Source: Pristiophorus japonicus (lineage: Eukaryota). From it: 64,000 nt of DNA. Shown here piece by piece: positions 37,519 through 50,311 of this stretch. How positions within the stretch are numbered: the stretch's first letter is position 1; every line of letters starts with the position of its first letter. Location of the stretch: the NCBI RefSeq assembly GCF_044704955.1, contig NC_091998.1, forward strand, positions 9,672,001 through 9,736,000. The letters are read 5' to 3'. The translations under genes were made by a program, and so were the position numbers. The notes under the pieces were generated by a model. The model was given only the letters and a program-made list of their open reading frames with translations, searched no databases and had not been told where the DNA came from.

Positions 37519-40500
37519 AGAAACATAGAAAATAGGTGCAGGAGGCCTTTCGGCCCTTCGAGCCTGCACCACCATTCAATAAGGTTATGGCTGATCATTC
37601 ATCTCAGTACCCCTTTCCTGCTTTCTCTCCATACCCCTTGATCCCTTTAGCCATAAGGGCCATATCTAACTCCCACTTCAATATATCCAATGGACTGGCA
37701 TCAACAACTCTCTACGGTAGGGAATTCCACAGGTTAGCAACTCTCTGAGTGAAGAAGTTTCTCCTCATCTCAGTTCTAAATGGCTTACCCCTTATCCTTA
37801 GACAGTGTCCCCTGGTTCTGGGCTTCCCCAACATCAGAAACATTCTTCTTGTATCTAACCTGTCTTGTATCTATCCAGTCCCGTCAGAATTTTATATGTT
37901 TCTATCAGATCCCCTCTCATCCTTCTAAACTCCAGTGACTAAAGGCCCAGTCGATCCAGTCTTTCCTCATATGTCAGTCCAGCCATCCCGGGAATCAGTC
38001 TGGTGAACCTTCGCTGCACTCCCTCAATAGCAAGAACATCCTTCCTCAGATTAGGAGACCAAAACTGAACACAATATTCCAGGTGAGGCCTCACCAAAGT
38101 CCTGTACAACTGCAGTAAGACTTCCATGCTCCTATACTCAAAACCCCTAGCTATGAAGGCCAACATACCATTTGCTTTCTTCACCGCCTGCTGTACCTGC
38201 ATGCCAACTTTCAATGATTGATGTACCATGTCACCCAGGACTCGTTGCACCTCCCCTTTTCCTAATCTGCCGCCATTCAGATAATATTCTGCCTTCGTGT
38301 TTTTGCCCCCAAAGTGGATAACCTCACATTTATCCACATTATACAACATCTGCCATGCATTTGCCCATTCACTTAACCTGTCCACCCGGTAGCCTCTTAG
38401 CATCCTCCTCACAGCTCGCACCGCTACCCAGTTTAGTGTCATCTGCAAACTTGGAGATATAACACTCAATTCCTTCATCTAAATCATTAATGTATATTGT
38501 AAATAGCTGGAGTCCCAGCACTGAGCCCTGCGGCACCCCACTAGTCACTGCCTGCCATTCTGAAAAGGACCCGTTTATCCCAACTCTCTGCTTCCTGTCT
38601 GCCAACCAGTTCTCTATCCACGTCAGTACATTACCCCCAATACCATGTGCTTTAATTTTGCACAACAATCTCTTGTGTGGGAATTGTCAAAAGCCTTTTG
38701 AAAGTCCAAATACACCACATCCACTGGTTCTCCCTTGTCCACTCTACTAGTTACATCCTCAAAAAATCCCAGAAAATTTGTCAAGCATGATTTCCCTTTC
38801 ATAAATCCATGTTGACTTGGACCGATCCTGTCACTGCTTTCCAAATGCAGTGCTATTTCATCTTTAATAATTGATTCCAACATTTTCCCCACTACTGATG
38901 TCAGGCTAACCGGTCTATAATTACCCGTTTTCTCTCTCCCTCCTTTTTTAAAAAGTGGTGTTACATTAGCTACCCTCCAGTCCATAGGAACTGATCCAGA
39001 GTCGATAGACTGTTGGGAAATGATCGCCAATGAATCCATTATTTCTAGGGCCACTTCCTTAAGTACTCTGGGATGCAGACTATCAGGCCCTGGAGATTTA
39101 TTGGCCTTCAATCCCATCAATTTCCCTAACACAATTTCCCACCTAATAAGGATATCCTTCAGTTCCTCCTTCTCACTAGACCCTCGGTCCCCTAGTACTT
39201 CTGGAAGGTTTTTTGTGTCTTCCTTCGTGAAGGCAGAACCAAAGTATTTGTTTAACTGGTCCGCCATTTCTTTGTTCCCCATTATAAATTCACCTGAATC
39301 TGACTGCAAGGGACCTATGTTTGTCTTCACTAATCTTTTTCTCTTCACATATCTATAGAAGCTTATGCGGTCAGTTTTTAAGTTCCCGGAAAGCTTCCTC
39401 TCATACTCTATTTTCCCCCTCCTAATTAAACCCTTTGTCCTCCTCTGCTGAATTCTAAATTTCTCCCCGTCCTTGGTTTGCTGCTTATTCTGGCCAATTT
39501 ATATGCCTCTTCCTTGGATTTCACACTATCCTTAATTTCCCTTGTTAGCCACGGTTGGGCCACCTTCCCCGTTTTATTTTTACTCCAGACAGGAATGTAC
39601 AATTGTTGAAGTTCATCCATGTGATCTTTAAATGTTTGCATTGCCTATCCACCGTCAACCCTCTCAGTATCATTTGCCAGTCTATTCTAGCCAATTCACG
39701 TCTCAAAGTATCGAAGTTACCTTTCCTTAAGTTCAGGACCCTAGTCTCTGAATTAACTATGTCAATCTCCATCTTAATAAGGAATTCCACCATATTATGG
39801 TCACTCTTCTCCAAGGGGCCTCGCACAACAAGATTGCTAATTAGTCCTTTCTCATTACACATCACCCAGTCTAAGATGGCAGCCCTCTAGTTGGTTCCTC
39901 AACATATTGGTCCAGAAAACCATCCCTAATACACTCCAGGAAATCCTCCTCCATCATATTGCCACCAGTTTGGTTCGCTCAATCTATATGTAGATTAAAG
40001 TCGCCCATGATAACTGCTGTACCTTTATTACACGCATCCCTAACTTCTCGTTTGATGCTGTCCCCAACCTCACTACTACTGTTTGGTGGTTTGTACACAA
40101 CTCCCACTAGCGTTTTCTGCCCTTTGGTATTCCGCAGTTCCACCCATACAGATTCCACATCATCCAAGCTAATGTCCTTTCTTACTATTGCATTAATTTC
40201 CTCTTTAATCAGCAATGCTACCCCACCTTCTTTTCCTTTCTGTCTATCCTTCCTGAATCTTGAATACCCCTGGCTGTTGAGTTCGCAGCCTTGGTCACCC
40301 TGGAGCCATGTCTCCGTGATGCCAATTATATCATATTCATTAATTGCTGCCTGTGCAGTTAATTCGTCCACCTTATTACAAATCCTCCTCGCATTGAGGC
40401 ACAGAGCCTTCAGGCTTGTCTTCTTTGTCTTTTAGAATTTTGCTGCAAAAATGTGGCCCTTTTTGATTTTTGCCTTGGGTTTCTCTGCCCTCCACTTTTC
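37519..40500 (-). mobile_element. Decayed CR1 LINE spanning ORF2, with frameshifts
   Basis: Fragmented ORFs 37939-40371 cover the APE and RT motifs. Confidence 0.92.
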
Positions 40501-42034
40501 CTTCCAATGCTTGGGTTTTCTCCAACACTCACTCCACAAAGGAAGTTTCGAAAGAAGTACCATTGCCTCCCATGAACCGAAACCTGTGGCCACTACACGT
40601 ACTGCGACAACCCTTCAACTCTGGTATACCCCACTGGAGGCCACACGCGATGTAACAGCTGTGGCTCAGTGGGTAGCACTCTCACCTCTGAGTCAGAAGG
40701 TTGTGGGTTCAAGTCCCAGGGACTGCAGCACATAAATCTAGGCTGACACTCCCAGTGCAGTACTGAGGGAGTGCTGCACTGTCGGAGGGGCTGTCTTTCG
40801 GATGAGAAGTTAAACTGAGGCCCCGTCTGCCCTCTCAGGTGGATGTAAAAGATCCCATGGCCACTATTTCGAAGAAGAGCAGGGGAGTTCTCTCCTGGAA
40901 AATATTTATCCCTCAATCAACATCACAAAAGCAAATTATCCACTACCAACTTTTTGTTTAAAAAAAAACAGAAAAACAAATTAAAGGTAGATGGTGTGAC
41001 TTCTTGTAAACTAGATTCTAAATTTCAGTTCCTGAGTAATTATCACATTGCTGTTTGTGGGAGCATGCTGTGCGCAAATTGGCTGTCACGTTTCCCACAT
41101 TACAACAGTGATTACACTCCAAAAGTACATCATTGGCTGTAAAGCGCTTTGAGATGTCTGGTGGTCGTTAAAGGTGCTATATTAATGCAAGTCTTTCATT
41201 CTTTCTAACGCACGCTGCATTGCAAGAGAGAATGGTCAGAATCTACCACTCGACTGGGTGGGATTGGGGCAGGTGCTGGTGGAAAGCTGTAAGTTGGGCG
41301 GTGGGGGATACATTCCGCTGTGTCCTCGCCCGCCCACAACTTTCAACATGTCCAACGTCTCCCTGCCACGTATGCCGTACCACGTGTCACTGCTATCCAG
41401 AGTTATTTTGTGTCATTTTTCACACTCAATAATCAATGGCAGACTGATCGATCGCACAGAGTAAGGTGTTGAAATGAAAACTTGTTTGTTTAAGGTCAGT
41501 GTTTCACTGGAACTCAGGAGGCCATTATCATCACCACCACGACAGCTTGTATTTTATACAGCGCCTTTAACGGAGTAGAACAGCACTGGGCGCTTCATAA
41601 GGAAGCGTTATCACTCCAAATTTGACACCAAGCGTTATCAGGACAGGAGACCAAAAGCTTGGTCACAGAGGTAGCATTGAATATATTCAGACTGTGGCAA
41701 CTTCTCAATTTTTGGGGGAAAGTCTCAAACGGGAGATGACAATCGAAGGTTGAGATTCAAACCAGCTCCTGTCTTCCACAACAACCACTATTCACTTTGT
41801 TAAAAAAACCCAGAAGAACAAAGTAAAGGTAGATGGTGTGACTTCTTGTAAACTAGATTCTACATTTCCCAAGTAATCTATCTAGATGTTGTTCTTTCGT
41901 CTGTTAATGCATGTATTTTAGGGAGGGAATTCCAGAGCTTAGGGCCCAGGCAGCTGAAGGTACTCCGCTACACTCCCACTCTCTCCATTTCCGGACAAAC
42001 TGACCAAAAATATGTTGATGAGCTGAGGTGCAAC

Positions 42035-42722
42035 ATAAGAACACAAGAAATAGGAGCAGGAGTAGGCCATACGACCCCTCGAGCCTGCTCCGCCATTCAA
42101 TGAGATCACAGCTGATCATAGACCTCAACTCCACTTTCCCGCCCAATCTCCATATCCCTGGATTTCCCTAGACCTCAAAACTCTAGTTATCTCAGCCATG
42201 AATATATTCAGAGACTCAGCATCTACGGCCCTCTGGGGCAGAGAATTCCAAAGATTCACAACCCTCTGCGTGAAGAAATTCCTCCCCATCTCGGTCTTAA
42301 ATGGCCTACCCCTTACCCTGAGACTGTGCCCCCTGGTTCTAGACACCCCAGCCGGGGGGGAAACAACCTCTCAGCATCTACCCTGTCAGTCCCCTTCAGA
42401 ATCCTGTATGTTTCAATAAGATCACCTCTTTCAGAATAAGGGGTCTCCCATTTAAAACGGAGATGAGGAGGAATTTCTTCTCTCAGAGTGTCGTGAATCT
42501 TTGGAATTCTCTGCCTCAGAGAGCTGTGGAGGCTGGGTCATTGAATATATTTAAGGTGGAGATTATTGAATGATAGTGGAGTCCAGAGTTATGGGGAGCG
42601 TGCGGAGAACTGGAGTTGAGGCCAAGATCAGGTCAGCCACGATCTTATTGAATGGCGGAGCAGGCTCGAGGGGCCAAATCTTCTAAACTGCAGAGAGTAT
42701 AGGCCCATTCTACATAATCTCT
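42035..42722 (-). mobile_element. CR1 3' fragment with an antisense CR1 3' fragment nested at ~42430-42680
   Basis: Opposite-strand CR1 tails; host sequence resumes at ~42680. Confidence 0.8.
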
Positions 42723-45700
42723 CGTCACAACCTGAGGATATCACAAGGGTGAAGGGATAATAGAACCCACGATGCCCAAAGCAGTGGCTGTGATGCTGCA
42801 AATGGTCTAACTACAGATAAATCCAGGTATAAAAGCCAGCTGTGGAATGTAAGATACACCGATTTTTCTTGAAACAAGGCACAGGAAGAGGCCACAAGCA
42901 AACTGTTTTAAAGTAAAACAAACTGCGGGACTACCTGGGAGGGGAACAGGCGCCAGCCTGAGGCAAGTGGTGACTCATCACTCAGTAAAAGCAATCTATG
43001 TTGATCAAGGATGACATTTGGTTATGCATACAGACAAAGACACTGATATCCCAGAGACTCATCATCATAGGTAGTCCCTCAAATCGAGGAAGACTTGCTT
43101 CTACTCTTAGAATGAGTCCTTAGGTGGCTGAACAGACCAATGCGAGAGCTTCAGTCCCTGTCACAGGTGGGACAGATAGTCGTTGAGGGTAAGAGAGGGT
43201 GGGACAGGTTTGCCGCACGTTCCTTCCGCAGCCTGCGCTTGTCTTCGGCATGCACTCACCGACGAGTCTCGAGGCGCTTATCACCCTCCCGGATCCACCT
43301 CCTCCACCCAGGGCGGTCTTCGGCCAGGGACTCCCAGGAGTCGGTGGGGATGCCGCACTTTGAATGTGTCCTTGTAACATTTCCTCTGTCCACCTTTTGC
43401 TCGTTTGCCATAAAGGAGTTCCGAGTAGAGCACTTGTTTCGGGAGTCTCGTGTCTGGCATGCGGACGACAAGAAGACCGGACATCAAAGGACTCTACGAA
43501 ACACACATTTTTGGATAACAGAGCATTCAGCATAAGGAAATATCTTTTGCATTGTCAACTCCGTGTGCAAATTAGTAGCCGTTCAAACTCATCACCACAA
43601 CCAGTTAAACAAATCATCACATTGATAATGGGATCTGGGGCCAGCAGCAAACTTATTCATACTATGGATATAAATATGCCAGCTAGAAACAGCTCAACAG
43701 AAGAAGGACAGGAAGACAGAAGAAGAGCAGGCAACACAGGAAGGAACAGCGATCAGGCACGGAAGGAAACAAACAGAAACTGCAGAGAACAGACAGAAGA
43801 CAAACCAACAGGTCACGGAACCAACGACCACAAATCTCTGGTGATTGTATGTTTAAATTCAAATTTCTATCAGCAGTCTGGTAGTCCTGTTTAGTCGGGT
43901 TTTTGTTGTGCAATAAAACGGACACTGGGTTAATCCTACATTATGTGCCACGTGTTGTCCTTACCCGTTATAAGTTCCAAGGTCTAAGAATCAGAGTAGC
44001 GTGAACAACAAACACCCTACAGGAACACAAATAAACACACACGGTCCATCGCAGTACGACACCACAGTCAAGGTTGTTTTTTCCCCTCCACCAACGTCAT
44101 GTAACACTGTGACCTGCAGTCCAATGCATTCTGGTGTGAATGCACTGCTGGTTAAGCGTTGAAATATTCAACAGTCCTACCTGACTGTTTCACCGCTGGT
44201 TTGTCCGAGACCAGGCTCTCTCTCTCGGCAGTCGCTCACCTTTGCCCGCTCGACGCGCATCTATTCCACGTCGCCGCCTGCGCTCTGCTTTTCACAGCCT
44301 TGCCATTCCGGAGATCAGAAGATAGGGAGTGCCCCTTTAATGGTCAGGGGCCCTGTTCTTCCAGCAAGGGTAGAGTTTGATCCTTTGCGGGATTTGGTGG
44401 GTGGAGAGCGAATTTGGGGGTTAGAGCACGATTCAGGAGGCTGTGCGTGTGCCCTCTCAACCCTCGGTCTGTGCGGCAGAGCTGGTCTCCAGTTAGTCTT
44501 CGTTAATCCTTGCCACTGGACCAAGACTTAGGTCTGTCAAGCCCGTGTGGTAGCTGGTGTGCAAATGCCACCACACGTTAAAAAAATCCACGCACAGGCA
44601 TCTTCTGCACTTCAGGATGTAGTTCGGGATCCGGAATATTAGGCCCTTCATTGAAACACCTGTGAACTCATTCCTTTTTGGCGTGGAAGCAAGTCATCCG
44701 CGATTCGACGGACTGCCTATAATGATGATGACCTTGGAACCCTTCTGGTTTCCAGGACTCTGGTGTGGGGGTTGGCAGAAGCCTAGCTTACGACTTTGGA
44801 GAAGGTGGGAATTTTTTGGTTTCCCTCTTGCAGAGCTTCGTAGGGTGGGATGGGGGAATGCAGGGTCATTTGTTGAGTCATGTTTGGCTTCTTCTTCTTA
44901 GCCAGTCCCCGGAGTTGAGGATGACTTGCTTCCACACTAATACAAGCTCTAATGTGACTGATGAGGTCAATGCGGGACCTACAGTCTCTGTCACAGGTGG
45001 GGCAGACGGTGATTGGAGGGATGGGTGGATGGGGTGCCTGGGTTGTCGTGCGCTCCCTCCGCTGTTTGAGCTTGGCTTCCCGCGTACTCCCGGCGGAGAG
45101 ACTCGAAGTGTTCGCCGCCTTCTCGGACGCTTCTCCTCCACTTTGAGCGGTCTTGGGTCGGGGATTCCCAAGAGTCGGTGGGGATGTTACATTTTTTCAA
45201 GGAGGTCTTGAGGTCACCTACACTGCGATCTCTGAAAACCAGGAGGGAGGGAAATGAGTCATACACACCCAGCCTGACATACTTTAGCAACTTCAGGTCA
45301 TCCATCCCTTCCATAGATGATGTGTCAGCAACTGGAGTTGAGATGTTGTTCTCAGCTGGTCCCAGATAATGTGAGGACAGGAAGGACTTCCTCCGGGACA
45401 AGGTCCCCCAGTCCTTGCCCCCTGGTGGTCAACTGGGGCCTGTGCAAGTCTCAGTTCAGCAAGAAGGCCTTTGGATTCACTGCGGGTTGGGGAGGTCCAG
45501 CTATCACACGGCACAAACCTAAATTTACAATGAGAAAACAGACCATTTATACTCCTAATTAATTTCATTTCCTGAGAGAGGGGTGTGTAACTACTGATGT
45601 GTTGAGCACTTGCAAATCAATTACACCAAGGGCACATGTGAACTTTGAGTGTAATTTTACACCAATTGAACCCTGACCCAAGGAATGGTCATTTGCATGA

Positions 45701-47594
45701 GTTGTCCCTGCTCTTAAAGATGTAGTCCCTCAGTAATGGAGTCATGATTCATATTGAGGTACATTCCCTGGTGGCGCTAATTTTAATGAAAATGTAGATG
45801 AGTGTAAAGTGAGAGCACTGCTTTATACCAACCCGTGCTAAAATTAGTGAGCAGAGCAAAATCGATCCCATTGGATTTGGGAACAGAGGGTAAAACTTCC
45901 CGGGAGACAAATCTCTGGGAGTTCTGATATCCCCACACGTCACAGTCGAACGTCATAGGCAGGACATCCCAATCCAGCCGCTTCCATTCCGCAGATGGCA
46001 GGTGCTTCTGATCCCAGCTGGCCTGATGTGGAGATGACCTCTTCAAGCAGAGAAGCAGTTTAAATATGATGCTACAAGGAGGATCTATAGAGAAAGAGCA
46101 GGGGGGAGTGGGGATTAATTTGATCGCTCCACCAAAGAGCCGGCACAGACACGATGGGCTGAATGGCCTCTCTCTGCGCTGTTTCATTCTATGATTCTAA
46201 AAGACGGCAGAATGTTCCCGAAACAGCTGCTCCATTAACAGGGGGAACTGCCAATCATTTTAACATTGTCGCATTAAGATCATTTCCACCCTCATCCCCC
46301 CACCCCCGAACCCCACCCCAACCCGCTGAGGGAGTGCCGCACTGTGGGAGGTGCGGTCTTTCGGATGAGATGTTAAACCGAGGCCCCGTCTGCTCTGTTA
46401 AGTGGATGTGGTGCGTCAGATCTCAATCTGACATCCAGTGTCAGGACGCTTTGGGAGGGTAACCTCACACCCCTCGGAGCTGAGACCAGCGGGAATATCA
46501 CTTCGGAGCGGTGCCTATCTGCGTTTAAGGGTCCATCACATGCTAACGCGCGTCATATTTGAAATAACCACTCAATATTGAGAAAGAGAGGTTTGCATTT
46601 ATCTCGCACTCAGCGGCCTCTCAGAAACATTGCAAAAGCGTTTCACACACAAGGAGTTATGTGGTGCACTGCGGGAGGAAAGTTGGACACTGGGCCATCT
46701 CTGGGGCTCTCTTCAAACAGTGTGGTGGGATCATTAACGCCCAGCCGGCACATGAAGGGAAATACCGTTTAGCACAGGAGAGAATCAGCCTGGTCTCTGT
46801 CTCCGTTGATGTTCTGGCTACTGGAGAGACAGTACCATATCTGAACCTCAGATCTGTGTGTGTGTGGGTAATAGTCTCGACGGAATACATTCTCAGAAGC
46901 AGCAGTCGGCGAGACCAAAGCGGTGGAGAGAGCGGGCAGAGCCCCCGAGAGCTGATCGACCAAGTAGATAAACGTAACCGTCAATCGGTGTGATAAGACG
47001 GCGCCTCCCCTCACCTATTCATAGTCACAGTTTCCCCCAAAAAACACTGAACAGCAACGAAAGAGTTCCATTTATATCGGGCATTAGTTATCACAGCTCT
47101 CAGAAGCTCGCCAGAGTCCATTACTTGGAAACACTAGTGAATGTTGTTCCGGAGGCAAATGCAGCCATTTTCCAGTTTCCGCACGTTCGGGATTCCAGGT
47201 TCGAAATCCCCCACTCCGCCCCGCTCACGAGACCCGCCCCAGTAAATATCTGGGCCATCGCGTCTACAGCACGGGAACAGGCCATTCAGACCAACCGGTC
47301 TATGCCGCTGTTTCTGCTCCACACGGACCTCCTCCCGCCAACGTTCCCCGTGAGCTGCGCGATGTTCTGCGCAGCTTGTTTCTTTTACTGCGCGGTCCCT
47401 TTAAATTTATGCGCATGCACGGTACGTCCAACGGAAGAGCCAGTGAGCGGCCTGCGCGGGACCTTTCCCTTTACTGAGCAGCCGCGCAGCTTAAGGGTAC
47501 ATTGCCTCCCACCCTATCCACATATCCTCCTGTCCCTTTCTCCCTCATGTGTTTGTCCCGCTTCCCCTTTAAACGCATCATGATACAAATAAAA

Positions 47595-48355
47595 TGGAAA
47601 TGAGGAAGAATTTCTTCTCTCAGAGGGTCGTGAATCTTTGGAATTCTCTGCCCCAGAGAGCTGTGGAGGCTGGGTCATTGAATATAATTAGAAACCGAAG
47701 AACATAAGAAATAGGAGCAGGAGTCGGCCATTCCGCCCCTCAAGCCTGCTCCGCCATTCAATAAGATCATGGCTGATCTGATCATGGACTCAGCTCCACT
47801 TCCTTGCCCGCTCTCCATAACCCTTGACTCTCTTTTCGTTTAAAAATCTGTCTATCTCCACCTTAAATATATTCAATGACCCAGCCTCCACAGCTCTCTG
47901 GGGCAGAGAATTCCAAAGATTCACGACCCTCTGCGAGAAAAAAAATTCCTCCTCATCTCGGTTCTAAATGGACGGCCCCTTACTCTGAAACTATGCCCCT
48001 AGTTCTAGATTTCACCCACGAGTGGAAATATCCTCTCTGCGTCTACCCTGCGAGCTCCCTCAGTATTTTATACGTTTCAATAAGATCACCTCTCATTCTT
48101 CTAAACTCCAATGAGTGTAGACCCAACCTGCTCAACCTTTCTTCATAAGTCAACCCTTTCATCTCTGGAATCAACCTAGTGAACCTTTAAAGCAGAGATA
48201 GACAGATTTTTGAATGATAAGGGAGTCGAGAGTTATGGGGAGCGGGCGGGGAAGTGGAGCTGAGCCCAAGATCAGATCAGCCATGATCTTATTGAGTGGC
48301 GGTGCAGGCTCGAGGGGCCGAATGGCCGACTCCTGCTCCTATTTTTTATGTTCTT
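47595..48355. mobile_element. CR1 3' fragment (+) with an antisense CR1 nested at ~47700-48190
   Basis: Opposite-strand CR1 tails; host sequence resumes at ~48190. Confidence 0.8.
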
Positions 48356-48891
48356 AAAAAGCTGGTGTGGGTTGCGGGTGTCGCTCTAAACACACTTGCA
48401 CAGAACTCTTTCCTCAGGGGGGCAGAGTGTGATTTGCAGCCAGGTGCAGCAGCCTGCAGTATAACTTAGGTGTGGCCACCTAGAAACATAGAAACTTAGA
48501 AATTTACGGCGCAGAAGGAGGCCATTTCGGCTCTGCGATTACTGTTCCCGGACCGGCCTAATCAACAGGCCGGCTGAAGATTCTGCATTCCTCATAAAAA
48601 TTTTTAAAATGCAAAATGTGTTCACGAGTTTGGAGCTGGAAAAAAATGCATGTTTCTCGTGGTTTCCTCACTGAGTCATTCTAAAATGAAAAACGTCACA
48701 CCTCAGAGACACAACCCCTATGAGCCAGCCCCAATATGGAGATGTTGCAGAGACAGGCTGGTGCTTGAGAAGCCCACCCTCCCGTCACTCACACACACAC
48801 CCACATCCAACGAACTCAATGCAGTTCAGTTCTACCACAGCGCCAGAAGCGATCAGACCCCAGCTACCCGCCCGGGGATTAAGGCAGAAAG

Positions 48892-48931
48892 ATGTTGCCG
48901 CTCGTTCTCCAGCTCCTGTCCCATCTGAGCG
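48892..48931 (+). CDS. Leader exon (L-part1) of the antigen-receptor-like gene
   Basis: AAGATG, MLPLVLQLLSHLS G|GTGAGT. The phase-1 join to 52320 gives MLPLVLQLLSHLSGVCC/HVVVTQP. Confidence 0.78.
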
Positions 48932-49269
48932 GTGAGTGTTTTTGTTATATTCTGTCCCCAGTGAAGGGGCTTGCTCCGCTCCCGCGCCTCGCCAGCACTG
49001 ACCCTTGTCATCGCCCCAGCCAAGCGCTGGGGAGTGGGGGAGGAACCGGCGCTGGCTCTGTCTGCGATCCCACCGGCTGCTCCCGGTAACTTTACCGTGG
49101 GGACCATTGCAGCTTCTCGGGCACAAAGGCGTCCTTGTTGTCACTCGGCGCCGATAGACCGAGCCATTCCGAAATAGGCTACTTCTCAGTAAACTATCCT
49201 TGGTCTGAAAGTTCAGATCATAGATAAAGATATATATGTTTACACACACACATAGAGCACCTGTACACA

Positions 49270-49840
49270 GAAACATAGATAGAAACATAGAAAATAGGTG
49301 CAGGAGTCGGCCATTCGGCCCTTCGAGCCTGCACCGCCATTCAATGAGTTCATGGCTGATCATGCAACTTCAGTACCCCATTCCTGCTTTCTCGCCATAC
49401 CCTTTGATCCCTCTAGTAGTAAGGACTACATCTAACTCCTTTTTGAATATATTTAGTGAATTGGCGTCAACAACTTTCTATGGTAGAGAATTCCACAGGT
49501 TCACCACTCTCTGGGTGAAGAAGTTTCTCCTCATCTCGGTCCTAAATGGCTTACCCCTTATCCTTAGACTGTGACCCCTGGTTCTGGACTTCCCCAACAT
49601 TGGTAACATTCTTCCTGCATCTAACCTGTCTAAACCCGTCAGAATTTTAAACGTTTCTATGAGATCCCCTCTCATTCTTCTGAACTCCAGTGAATACAAG
49701 CCCAGTCGATCCAGTCTTTCTTGATATGTCAGTCCCGCCATTCCGGGAATCAGTCTGGTAAACCTTCGCTGCACTCCCTCAATAGCAAGAATGTCCTTCC
49801 TCAAGTTAGGAGACCAAAACTGTACACAATACTCCAGATG
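49270..49840 (-). mobile_element. Young CR1 3' fragment in the leader intron
   Basis: HLEYCVQFW...WNSLP; tail repeat. Other CR1 pieces at ~50340-50745(-), 52688-53060(-), 54655-55231(+), 55915-56800(-). Confidence 0.9.
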
Positions 49841-50215
49841 TATACGTATAGTGTGTGTGTGTGTGTGTACAGACAGCAGGTACACCTAGATTATAGAATA
49901 CAAAAGCAAAATACTGTGGATGCTGGAATCTGGAATAAAAACAGAAAATGCTGGAAATACTCAGCGGGTCAAGCAGCATCTGTGGAGAGAGAAACAGAGT
50001 TAATGTTTCGGGTGGATGATCCTTCGTCAGATTATAGAATGCCGGCTGAGATTGAAAGTGCCACCTCACTATCGGCAATGTGTGTGTCTCGACACTCTCG
50101 ATCCCAGCTTTCCACCCATTAGTCTGTTACACATGAAAGAAGTCAAATTTGATATTTAGAAAATTGAAAGGAAACGAGCTCGGAAATGCCAACTGAATTT
50201 GATGGGGTGTCTTTC

Positions 50216-50311
50216 GCTGGACTGGACTGCACTGGACCAGAATGGACGGAATCAGGCTGGACTGGGCTTGACCGGAATCGACCGGACCGGGCCGATCTAG
50301 ACTGGACTGGT
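50216..50311. repeat. Degenerate (CTGGA)n pentamer repeat
   Basis: CTGGACTGGACTGCACTGGACCAGAATGGACGGAA... Confidence 0.6.

Noticed and set aside
42723-44010. Possible additional solo LTR (TATAAAA at ~42828, AATAAA at ~43912) interrupted by RTE
   Set aside because: Clean TG...CA termini and a TSD could not be established.
45200-47050. Possible partner-chain or other exons in unique DNA upstream of the receptor
   Set aside because: The translations I checked show no Ig-domain or other recognisable motif and no consistent exon chain.
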